From Candidatus Nanopusillus sp. (GTDB lineage: Archaea > Nanobdellota > Nanobdellia > Nanobdellales > Nanobdellaceae), in assembly GCA_046533775.1 (NCBI GenBank), contig JAWDOO010000005.1:7652-39651 (forward strand): a stretch of 32,000 nt of DNA, given 5' to 3'. The stretch's first letter is position 1. Every line of letters begins with the position of its first letter. Shown here piece by piece: positions 9,091 to 17,353 of this stretch. The notes beneath the pieces are model-generated. The model saw only the letters and a list, made by a program, of their open reading frames with translations. It was not told where the DNA came from and did not search any database. The position numbers were made by a program, and so were the translations under genes.

Positions 9091-9471
9091 TTAACTTAGA
9101 TATAAAATAGAATTTGAAGAATAATTATTATATTGTAAAAAGAAAGAGTTCAAACCCTGACCATAGATAGGATGAAAATAAGAATTATTATTCAAATTTA
9201 TTGATAATAAATTTCCATTATAAGATATATATACAAAGTTATTAATCGCACTTATTGAAAATTTATAATTTTGTGAAGGTTGACAAAAAAGATTTGCATT
9301 ATATAGATAAGAATAATATATACAAAACTCAACATTTGATTCTATATAATTTAAAACTATTTTATCGTAATTTAATGGATTTGTTATATGATTAAAATAT
9401 AAAATCATTGATTGAGAAATAAAAAATAATATTAAAGTTATTAATACAATTTCTATTGCATTTACTGGCAT
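9091..9471 (-). CDS. Small pilin-like or hypothetical membrane-anchored protein
   Basis: 126 aa. The N-terminus MPVNAIEIVLITLILFFISQ has a Glu early in a hydrophobic helix, as in type IV pilin-like proteins. The rest is N/Y/S-rich. Its ATG shares one nucleotide with the upstream stop (TAATG at 9469-9473). Confidence 0.4.
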   Translation of the reverse strand: MPVNAIEIVLITLILFFISQSMILYFNHITNPLNYDKIVLNYIESNVEFCIYYSYLYNANLFCQPSQNYKFSISAINNFVYISYNGNLLSINLNNNSYFHPIYGQGLNSFFLQYNNYSSNSILYLS

Positions 9472-10313
9472 TATACAATAGAAGCTTGTACATAATAATA
9501 TACTAATTGATTACAAACAGTAGAATTTGGATTATTAACAATACTTAATCCATTATATTGCAAGTTTACATTAATAGAATTTCCATTTGTTGTAATTGAT
9601 GTCTGCCCTGTTGGTTCTATTATTATCCATTCACATTGTCCATTTTGAGGATTATATATTGGTCTACATGATATCTGATATTGTATAACTCTACCTAATT
9701 GGGTTGCTGAAAGTAAACATTCCGGATAATATGATACCCCAGCTATTCCAATATTATATTGAGGAATAAATAATACACTATTATTCTGAACATTTATATC
9801 AAAATCAAAATATTGTGTTATAACGTTATTAGTATTTACTAAAGGCAATATTAGAGTATTATTATTTATATCTTGTATTATTATATTAGAAGAATTTACT
9901 TTAACTACAAGATTTGGAATTCCACATAATTGAATAGAATTATAACCTGATGATGGTATTGGAATTGAATTATTAACATCACATGGAATATATATATTGT
10001 AATTTATTGGAACTACAGAGATAGATGGATTATAGTAAATTGCAGGCGACTGAAATGAATATTGAATTAAATTATTATATATACTCAAAGAACCCTTAGG
10101 TAAATTTAATGTAACCGTTTGAGATCCTCTGCTTTGAACAACAGATGGTATAGCTTCTACCAAAGAAGTTAATTGATTCTGAATATCATTTACTGTAGAA
10201 CTAATTTGAGATTTTTGTATTAGCGGTATACCCCATTCATATATTCCTATTGACAAACCAACTACAATAAGTCCCAACAATAAATAACCAATAAGCTGAG
10301 ATTGTAATTTCAT
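9471..10313 (-). CDS. Pilin-like secreted protein (280 aa) with an N-terminal hydrophobic helix and several N-x-S/T sequons
   Basis: The N-terminus MKLQSQLIGYLLLGLIVVGLSIGIY is a degenerate version of the archaeal QxSxExxxL-type class III signal. The body is beta-rich and N/S/Q-rich, with sequons (NSS, NNT, NNS, NST). It is translationally coupled to the next gene and lies upstream of the secretion ATPase. Confidence 0.45.
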   Translation of the reverse strand: MKLQSQLIGYLLLGLIVVGLSIGIYEWGIPLIQKSQISSTVNDIQNQLTSLVEAIPSVVQSRGSQTVTLNLPKGSLSIYNNLIQYSFQSPAIYYNPSISVVPINYNIYIPCDVNNSIPIPSSGYNSIQLCGIPNLVVKVNSSNIIIQDINNNTLILPLVNTNNVITQYFDFDINVQNNSVLFIPQYNIGIAGVSYYPECLLSATQLGRVIQYQISCRPIYNPQNGQCEWIIIEPTGQTSITTNGNSINVNLQYNGLSIVNNPNSTVCNQLVYYYVQASIV

Positions 10314-10345
10314 TTTATAAAGATATTAAAAAAATTTATTAATTT

Positions 10346-10897
10346 TTATATCCTTTTGTTATAACTTTGCATTGATGAACTTATATAACTTGTACTTTGA
10401 TTAACTTTTATACTCTCTATTTGTTTCTTAAGATTATCTAATAATTCTGCCACTTTTAGATTGGCTTTTTCTAAGTTTTCTATTCTCTTTATTAACTCTA
10501 TATTATCTTCATTTGTTTCTTTTTCTTTTGGCCTTAATAAAGCAGCTTCTTTAAATATATCAAATAAATTCTTTATTTCTTTATATAAATTATTTGTAAC
10601 AACCACCAATTCCGATATTTTTGCCTGTAAGTCTATATTACTTTTTATCAATGAATTTACAATTTCCTTATAAAATGAAGTATCTATGTTTGATTGAGCA
10701 TAATACATTTGAGCTTGAGCTTCTTTTTTAATTATTTGATTTGTCTCAGATGGAGTTGAAACTTGCCTTTTTATTTCTTCAATATTATTCTTTAATTCAC
10801 TTTTTAATGTAGCTAAATCGTCCTTTAAATTTTCTATCTCTTCAACCAATTTTTCAACAGGATCTGTTGGCATAAGTTCATACTCTGACGATGACAT
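10346..10897 (-). CDS. Hypothetical coiled-coil protein (183 aa)
   Basis: Heptad-like, E/K/L/I/N-rich sequence (LVEEIENLKDDLATLKSELKNNIEEIKRQ...). I recognise no catalytic motif. It lies between the thermosome gene and the pilin-like genes on the same strand. Confidence 0.5.
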   Translation of the reverse strand: MSSSEYELMPTDPVEKLVEEIENLKDDLATLKSELKNNIEEIKRQVSTPSETNQIIKKEAQAQMYYAQSNIDTSFYKEIVNSLIKSNIDLQAKISELVVVTNNLYKEIKNLFDIFKEAALLRPKEKETNEDNIELIKRIENLEKANLKVAELLDNLKKQIESIKVNQSTSYISSSMQSYNKRI

Positions 10898-10937
10898 AAA
10901 AAAATAAAAAATTTTGATATTTATAAACTTTTAAAAA

Positions 10938-12599
10938 CTATTCTTCAATTTCTCCTTCTTCTCCTGATTTATTTGATGATCCTTCTCCGCCAGTTGATTT
11001 TCCTACTGCAGCAATAACATCATCTATCTTCAATACCATTATAGCAGCTTCTACTGCAGACTTTATAGCTTGTATAGTTATATTTGCTGGTTCTATTACA
11101 TTTTTCTCCCACATATCTCTAACTTTGCCTTCAATTGCATCAATTCCAGCCCATTTTTTACCTTGTTCATGCAATGCTCTTAATTGTGTCATTGCTTCTA
11201 TGGTATCCATACCAGCATTTTCTGCCAATGCAGCTGGTATTGCTTCTAATGCATCTGCAAATGCTAACATTGCCATTTGTACTTTTGATGATTCCTTTTT
11301 AGCTTCTTTTCTTATTCCTTCTGCTAATTCCATTTCCAATGCACCACCTCCAGCAATCACTTTTCCATATCTAATTACTGTTGCAACATCTTTAATTGCA
11401 TCGTTTATAGATCTTTCAATCTCATCTGCAACATGCTCAGATCCGGCTCTTATTAATATTGTAACAGCCTTTGGATTTTTACATCCAGTTATAAATATCA
11501 TATTTTCATCTGCAACTTTTTTCTCTTCAACCAATTCCGCATATCCCAAATCATTTTCTGATAATTCATCAATGGAATTTATGATTTTTCCACCAGTTGC
11601 TTTCGCTATTTTTTCCATATCTGATTTTTTAACTCTCCTTACTGCTAATATTCCATATTTTGCCAAATAATAAGCTGCTAAATCGTCGACTCCCTTTTGT
11701 ACAAATACAACATTTGCTCCTACTTCTTTTATCTTTTCTACCATTTTCTTTAATATTTCCCTTTCTTTATTCAAAAATTGTTCTAATTGATCTGGAGAAG
11801 ATATATTTATCCTAGCATCCGTTTCTGTTTCTTTAATTTCAATAGCATCACCTATTAATGCTATCTTTGCATTTGAAACAACCTTTGGCATTTCTCCATG
11901 TATTTTTTCTTTATCTATTACTATTCCATCTATTAATGATGTTTCTTCTACACCACCACCTATTTTCTTTTCAATCTTTAATGAATCAAGATCTACAATT
12001 ATTTTCTTTTCTCCACTTGATAGTTCTACAACATCTGTTACTTTTCTAACAGCATCAACAATTATTTTTGCTAATCTATCTGAATAAATTGATGCTATTT
12101 TTGATGATAATGCAGACTTTGCAACCTTTATTAATGTTTCTTCATCATCCATTGATACATTTTGAGCCAATTTATTTACTAATTCTTCAGCAATAACTGC
12201 TGCTTTATTATAACCTTCTATAATAACTGTTGGATGTATATTTTTATCTAATAATTCATCTGCTCTCTTTAATAATTCACCTGCCAAAACTGTAGATCTT
12301 TTAGTACCATCACCAACTTCTTTATCTTGTGTTTTTGCTATTTCTATTATTAACTTAGCAGCTGGATGCTCAACATGCATTTGATCCAATATTGTTGCTC
12401 CATCATTTGTAACAGTTATATCTCCCAATTCATCTACTAACATTTTATCCATTCCTCTTGGTCCTAAAGATGTTTTTAATATTTCTGATACTAATACAGC
12501 TGCCATGATGTTTGATCTCATTGCTTCCCTGCCTATTGTTCTCGCATATTTTTCTGGAGATAATACAACAGGATATAATCCCTTTTTATCTTCTGCCAT
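10938..12599 (-). CDS. ths: Thermosome subunit (group II chaperonin)
   Basis: 553 aa. Motifs: GPRGMDKML, TNDGATIL, EVGDGT, VIAGGGALEMEL, and a C-terminal Gly/Glu-rich tail. Confidence 0.95.
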   Translation of the reverse strand: MAEDKKGLYPVVLSPEKYARTIGREAMRSNIMAAVLVSEILKTSLGPRGMDKMLVDELGDITVTNDGATILDQMHVEHPAAKLIIEIAKTQDKEVGDGTKRSTVLAGELLKRADELLDKNIHPTVIIEGYNKAAVIAEELVNKLAQNVSMDDEETLIKVAKSALSSKIASIYSDRLAKIIVDAVRKVTDVVELSSGEKKIIVDLDSLKIEKKIGGGVEETSLIDGIVIDKEKIHGEMPKVVSNAKIALIGDAIEIKETETDARINISSPDQLEQFLNKEREILKKMVEKIKEVGANVVFVQKGVDDLAAYYLAKYGILAVRRVKKSDMEKIAKATGGKIINSIDELSENDLGYAELVEEKKVADENMIFITGCKNPKAVTILIRAGSEHVADEIERSINDAIKDVATVIRYGKVIAGGGALEMELAEGIRKEAKKESSKVQMAMLAFADALEAIPAALAENAGMDTIEAMTQLRALHEQGKKWAGIDAIEGKVRDMWEKNVIEPANITIQAIKSAVEAAIMVLKIDDVIAAVGKSTGGEGSSNKSGEEGEIEE

Positions 12600-12650
12600 A
12601 TATATATTATATATATAAGACTTATAAGTTTTGGACAGAAAAATTTTTTA

Positions 12651-13154
12651 TTAATTTGATTTTTCCTTATTTTCTATTAATCTTTTTATTTCTCTTATTA
12701 TATTATTAATATCTTCTTCTTTATTGTTATAAAAAACATAATATTCTTTTTTCATTTCCTCTAATTCATCTTCTATAACTTCAAGGTTCATCGCCCATAT
12801 ATTTGTAAAAATCTTATTATATGGATAATTTCTTTCCTTTGATAATCTCTCATATAGTATATTTGGGTCTGTTTTTATAACAATATATAAATCTCCTTTA
12901 TCATACAAATGTGAAAAATTTCCTTCTATAATAATATATTTACTATTTAAATTTCTTATATAATTATCAATTTCTTTAAATAACTTATCTTCATCTACTA
13001 TATATGTTTGTTCAGCTTCATCATATTCTTCATATAAATTATTTTTAATTGCAAAATCATATATATCAATTAAAACAGCATTTATTTCTCTTGCCAATCT
13101 CTTTGCTATTATACTTTTTCCAACACCGGGTACTCCTGTTATACAAATAATCAT
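12651..13154 (-). CDS. Fap7/AK6-type putative adenylate kinase / NTPase
   Basis: 167 aa. MIICITGVPGVGKSIIAKRLA is the P-loop. The layout IIIEGNFSHLY...DLYIVIKTDPNILYERL matches archaeal Fap7-like kinases. There is a 4-nt overlap with the upstream regulator gene. Confidence 0.7.
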   Translation of the reverse strand: MIICITGVPGVGKSIIAKRLAREINAVLIDIYDFAIKNNLYEEYDEAEQTYIVDEDKLFKEIDNYIRNLNSKYIIIEGNFSHLYDKGDLYIVIKTDPNILYERLSKERNYPYNKIFTNIWAMNLEVIEDELEEMKKEYYVFYNNKEEDINNIIREIKRLIENKEKSN

Positions 13155-13897
13155 TTCTTTCTTATTACAAATTCTGTTTTTGGATCTTTATATAATGTAG
13201 ATTTATTTATTGCCATCATGGGTATCCCAAAAAGAGTACTTAATAATCCCTCAAAATATCCTTCCATGAAATATTCTTTTATTTCTACATTTTTTTCCTT
13301 TAATATATCTTCTATATCTTTTAATACTAATGATTCTATAGATGAACTTAATGTAATTAAGAAATCTAATGCTTTAATATCAATAAATATATCTTCTATT
13401 TTTCCAAAACCAAATTTCTCAGTCAACTTAATTATTTCTTTTAGATAATCTTCATTTAAAACTCTCTCTATTCCAGAATACATCTTATATGTAGTAGAAA
13501 TTATAATACCAAATCTTTTTCCGGAATCTCTAATGAAATTTAGATTATTTATTTCTAAGGCTTGTAAATATAAAACCTGAAATATTTCTGATGGAATTAT
13601 TAAGAATTTTATATCAGAAATACTATAAAATTCATTTTTATCTTTTCTAATTAATCTTATTATTGGTGTATTTCCATGAATCATCTCTAAAAAGTTTACA
13701 TCTTCATTTATATACCATATTTTTGCTTTTCCAACAACCCTATAATTTAAATATCCCCTCTCCTTTAATATTTCAAGATGTTTAGATAATGTAATTCTAT
13801 TAATATTTAAGATCTTTGATAGTTCAGATATTGTTAATCCATAAGCATTCTGTTTAAGAACTTCCAATAATTTCTCATCCATATCATTAGTACTCAT
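13151..13897 (-). CDS. Winged-helix transcriptional regulator with a C-terminal V4R-like ligand-binding domain
   Basis: The N-terminal wHTH is LLEVLKQNAYGLTISELSKILNINRITLSKHLEILKERGYLNYRVVGKAKIWY. The C-terminal roughly 170 aa ends in FMEGYFEGLLSTLFGIPMMAINKS....TEFVIRK. This resembles the end of V4R domains with the usual Cys residues replaced. The domain call is tentative. Confidence 0.6.
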   Translation of the reverse strand: MSTNDMDEKLLEVLKQNAYGLTISELSKILNINRITLSKHLEILKERGYLNYRVVGKAKIWYINEDVNFLEMIHGNTPIIRLIRKDKNEFYSISDIKFLIIPSEIFQVLYLQALEINNLNFIRDSGKRFGIIISTTYKMYSGIERVLNEDYLKEIIKLTEKFGFGKIEDIFIDIKALDFLITLSSSIESLVLKDIEDILKEKNVEIKEYFMEGYFEGLLSTLFGIPMMAINKSTLYKDPKTEFVIRKK

Positions 13898-13949
13898 TAA
13901 TATTTTTTAGAATTAGAAAATTTATATATATTTATCAAAAGATTAATAT

Positions 13950-14582
13950 ATGAAAAGAGAAAAAGTTATTAATTTATTAATTTTGGTCATAGCTTTTATT
14001 ATTTTAGTATTAATAATAACTATCAAAGCTAGAATAATAAATTATACAAATAATATTAACAGCGATCAGACATATATATATACAAATTCAAATAATATAA
14101 CAATTGCTGGACCATATAATATTACACAATTAGAATTTATACCAATATATTCAAATATAAGTTTATATAATTCATTAAATAACTATAAATATCAACTATT
14201 TATTTTTGATCCAACATTAAGTGGATATTACAATGCAGAAATCCTCTATATATTAATATATTTATTAAAATATAATAGAAATTTAATATATGCATGTTCT
14301 TTCTACTATAGTAGTTCTGGATGCAAATATTTTCTAGAAAATAATAGTATAAACAATGATTATATTTTTTTATATACTACATATAATAATAATGAAAATT
14401 TGACATATCTTCTACCAAGAAATGAAACATTATTAATATATTTATTACCAACAAACAATTCTTATGGAATAATATTTAATAATCAAAACAATACAGTTAT
14501 TATATATAATAATAATAGTATAATTGCTGAGGAAATGGCTGAAAAATTTATATTGTACTATTATGGAATTATCAATAGTTAA
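13950..14582 (+). CDS. Membrane-anchored extracellular protein, extremely Asn/Tyr-rich with about 10 N-glycosylation sequons
   Basis: 210 aa. It has an N-terminal signal-anchor, KVINLLILVIAFIILVLIITI. Sequons are NYT, NIT (x2), NIS, NNS (x3), NLT, NET and NNT. No family is recognised. Confidence 0.5.
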   Translation: MKREKVINLLILVIAFIILVLIITIKARIINYTNNINSDQTYIYTNSNNITIAGPYNITQLEFIPIYSNISLYNSLNNYKYQLFIFDPTLSGYYNAEILYILIYLLKYNRNLIYACSFYYSSSGCKYFLENNSINNDYIFLYTTYNNNENLTYLLPRNETLLIYLLPTNNSYGIIFNNQNNTVIIYNNNSIIAEEMAEKFILYYYGIINS

Positions 14583-15021
14583 GGGAATATTAAATTATCA
14601 GTTTGGAGATAATATTGGAGATAAAATAATTGAAAAATATAAAGAAAAAATAAAAATTGAAAAAAGCAAAAAAACTGGAAGAATAAGAAGAATATATATA
14701 AATGGTAAATTATTTGGAACAATAGAACCAACAACAGGATTTATTATATTAACATTTTATGGAGGATTAATAGTAAAAGAACTATTAAAATTTCCAAAGT
14801 ATAGGATTGTTGTAAAAGATGAAGCAGCAAAATTTATAAGAGAAGGAAAATCTGTATTTAATAAATTTGTTGAGAATTTAGATGAAAATATATTGCCAAG
14901 GGATATTGTATTAATAGTAGATAAAAATGATAATCTACTAGCAATAGGAGAAAGTCTATTGTCTGGAAAAGAAATTAGAGATTTTAAAATTGGAGTTGCT
15001 GCAAAAGTAAAAAATGTTTGA
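14563..15021 (+). CDS. PUA-domain RNA-binding protein
   Basis: The tracked ORF starts at a TTG (14524). I prefer the ATG at 14563 (MELSIVKGILNYQFG...). The C-terminal half, KFIREGKSVFNKFVENLDENILPRDIVLIVDKNDNLLAIGESLLSGKEIRDFKIGVAAKV, is a typical PUA pattern. Confidence 0.6.
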   Translation: MELSIVKGILNYQFGDNIGDKIIEKYKEKIKIEKSKKTGRIRRIYINGKLFGTIEPTTGFIILTFYGGLIVKELLKFPKYRIVVKDEAAKFIREGKSVFNKFVENLDENILPRDIVLIVDKNDNLLAIGESLLSGKEIRDFKIGVAAKVKNV

Positions 15022-15574
15022 ATATATAATAAAAAAATATTATAGTAAATTAATAGATTATGCAAAAAGGAATAAAATATTAAGAAAAGAATTAATTTTA
15101 TTTATATTTTTTGCAAATATGTTAATATATTCAATACCACTATTTTTATTTAGCTATTATTATATTGTCTTACCATATAATTTTTTGATAAATTATTCTG
15201 AATTTATATCAAAAATATTATATTATTCTCATTTAAATTTCATATTAAAAAGTAATGTTATATATATAAAAAATATAAGTTTTATAATAGATCAGGAATG
15301 TACTGGCTTTAAATCAATATTTGGTATATTTTCTCTAATATTTTCTACACCTATATTAAATATAAAGAAAAAAATATTTTATTTCATTATTTTTTCCCCA
15401 ATATTGTTTATATTAAATATATTTAGATTATGGTCTGTCTTTTATTTTTATTATTTTTTTAATGTTAATCCTTATTTTTTACACAATTTTTTATGGGAGA
15501 TATTTACAACATTATTTTTAATTATTTTTTGGCTAATATTCTTAATAAAAAATAAAAAGGAATTATTCGTTTAA
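15014..15574 (+). CDS. Minimal exosortase/archaeosortase-family transpeptidase-like membrane protein
   Basis: 186 aa, polytopic. The candidate catalytic residues occur in the family order: Cys in IIDQECTGFKSIFG, Arg in LNIFRLWSV, and His in FLHNFLWEIF. Its start overlaps the PUA gene end by 8 nt. Confidence 0.6.
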   Translation: MFEYIIKKYYSKLIDYAKRNKILRKELILFIFFANMLIYSIPLFLFSYYYIVLPYNFLINYSEFISKILYYSHLNFILKSNVIYIKNISFIIDQECTGFKSIFGIFSLIFSTPILNIKKKIFYFIIFSPILFILNIFRLWSVFYFYYFFNVNPYFLHNFLWEIFTTLFLIIFWLIFLIKNKKELFV

Positions 15575-15829
15575 ACTTTCTAAAATTTTCTTAATATTTT
15601 CATATAAATTCTGGCTTATTTTTTCAATATAAATAATATTATTATTTTTTATATAAAATCTTACATGATCCCCAGAATTTAAATTATTTATATCTATAGA
15701 TTTATCGAATGAATAATCTTTCCCATTTATTTCTATTATTACTTTATCCTTCATTATATTCTTTATTTTCCCATATATTATTCCCTCCTTTATATAATCA
15801 AATGATTCATACATAAAAAATATTTTCAT
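15563..15829 (-). CDS. Hypothetical 88-aa protein
   Basis: Its ATG directly abuts the stop of the upstream DUF95 gene (TAAATG). Composition is typical of this genome. No family is recognised. Confidence 0.4.
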   Translation of the reverse strand: MKIFFMYESFDYIKEGIIYGKIKNIMKDKVIIEINGKDYSFDKSIDINNLNSGDHVRFYIKNNNIIYIEKISQNLYENIKKILESLNE

Positions 15830-16630
15830 TTAAATAATATAAGCTTCTATTAATGCTGCTATAAATATAAATAATATAGATAAAACAAATAATGCCAAAG
15901 AATCTGAAAGTATAATTTCCAAAGTTTTTCTATCAAGGTTTTTTATAAATGCTATTGATAAAATATTACCAGCCAATGCTGCTAAGAAATATCCTAAAAA
16001 TTCTAGTATTCCATGCGGTAAGATTTCTAATAAACTAACAGTTGGAATTAAAATAAATTTATATATAATATTATTTGAAATATATTCTGATGCTCTCAAA
16101 CCTAAGAATACACCAATAATTGATGCATTCCATAATAATAAATATATAGATCCAGCACCAAATATTATTGAAAATGAGAAAAATAATAATAATACTGTCA
16201 TATTATTAAATAATATGTATGTAAAGAAACTATTTGGATATATTGCATATCCATAACTTAGAGCAATAACATGTTCTCTTATATCTTCTATTGCCTGTAT
16301 TTGTGGATAAAATAAATTGTAATTTATTAGATAACCTATATAAAATCCAATTATTGATGCAAAAAATATTACAAAAGATATTATAAAATATTCTTTATAT
16401 CTAAAAAATATATTTTTCTTTGATCCTATTTTTTCAGATATTCTTTCATCTTTTTCTATTAATTTATTGTATATTTGAACAAAAGGAACCAGGGATATTG
16501 CAATTATTAATATCCCACCATATGGTCCTGATTTAATTGATAATAATGTAGAAAATACTATTATTAATATACTTAGAAAGAATAATATAAAATAATTATA
16601 CCTTATCTTTTCTATCAGGATATCATACAT
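15830..16630 (-). CDS. SpoIIM-like (DUF95) integral membrane protein
   Basis: 266 aa. Family-typical motifs are FNNMTVLLLFFSFSIIFGAGSIYLLLWNASIIG, EILPHGILEFLGYFLAALAG and AALIEAYI. Confidence 0.7.
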   Translation of the reverse strand: MYDILIEKIRYNYFILFFLSILIIVFSTLLSIKSGPYGGILIIAISLVPFVQIYNKLIEKDERISEKIGSKKNIFFRYKEYFIISFVIFFASIIGFYIGYLINYNLFYPQIQAIEDIREHVIALSYGYAIYPNSFFTYILFNNMTVLLLFFSFSIIFGAGSIYLLLWNASIIGVFLGLRASEYISNNIIYKFILIPTVSLLEILPHGILEFLGYFLAALAGNILSIAFIKNLDRKTLEIILSDSLALFVLSILFIFIAALIEAYII

Positions 16631-17352
16631 AATAAAAATTCTAATTCTATTTTATTTAAATTTGACGGTATTATAATACATAAAGGAGGATCTAAATTTA
16701 TATTTAACAATTCCTTTATTTCTTTATAATATATTTTTTCATTTTTTCTATTTAAATTGGAACATACAATTAACTTAAAATTTTCATTAAAAATTTTTTC
16801 TCTTTTATTATCTATTTCTAATAATCTTTTTATTGCTTCTTTATGATCTAAATACTTATTATTTATTGGATCTAAATCTAATAAGACCAAAGTATGTAAA
16901 TTATTTTTATAATTTCTTATAATATAATCATAAAATTCAGTAGATTCATGAAATGATATCGAAACTGTTCTTCCAAACTTATATAAAAATAATCCTATTT
17001 TTCCTATTTCATCAAATATTGATGAAGAATTTATTATTTTAAATTCTATATTATTTTTCTTACAAAGTTCAATAAAATACATATGGGTAGTAGCAAATAG
17101 TGGATTTCCTGATGTTATTAATATTATTTTCTTATCTTTATTATTTAATATTATCTTTTCTAATTCTAATTCTACAAAATTTCTATCAACAATATTTATA
17201 TCTTTTCTTATATTTAATAAAAATTCTTTTGTTTCTTCATCAATAAAATTTGTATAATATTCTAGAAATATTAAATCTGCACTTTTTATTTCTTCTATTA
17301 ATCCATAAGGTATTTCATCTTTATTTTGTCCCAGTCCAGATAATATAAACAT
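16615..17352 (-). CDS. dphB: Diphthine synthase
   Basis: The ORF extends to 17403, but the family-typical N-terminus MFILSGLGQNKDEIPYGLIEEIKSADLIFLEYYTN starts at the Met at 17352. That is 1 nt after the polD stop. The fold is tetrapyrrole-methylase-like, with TSGNPLFATTH. Confidence 0.8.
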   Translation of the reverse strand: MFILSGLGQNKDEIPYGLIEEIKSADLIFLEYYTNFIDEETKEFLLNIRKDINIVDRNFVELELEKIILNNKDKKIILITSGNPLFATTHMYFIELCKKNNIEFKIINSSSIFDEIGKIGLFLYKFGRTVSISFHESTEFYDYIIRNYKNNLHTLVLLDLDPINNKYLDHKEAIKRLLEIDNKREKIFNENFKLIVCSNLNRKNEKIYYKEIKELLNINLDPPLCIIIPSNLNKIELEFLLCMIS

Positions 17353-17353
17353 T

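Noticed and set aside
11125-11670. A 181-aa plus-strand ORF inside the thermosome gene (the ORF at 11858-12049 is similar)
   Set aside because: It is antisense to an unambiguous group II chaperonin, with a Ser/Ala/Phe-rich low-complexity translation.
12621-12630. The 10-bp palindrome ACTTATAAGT upstream of the thermosome gene, considered as a dedicated operator feature
   Set aside because: It is too short to be distinguished from a plain TATA box or chance in such AT-rich DNA. It is mentioned only as context in a finding.
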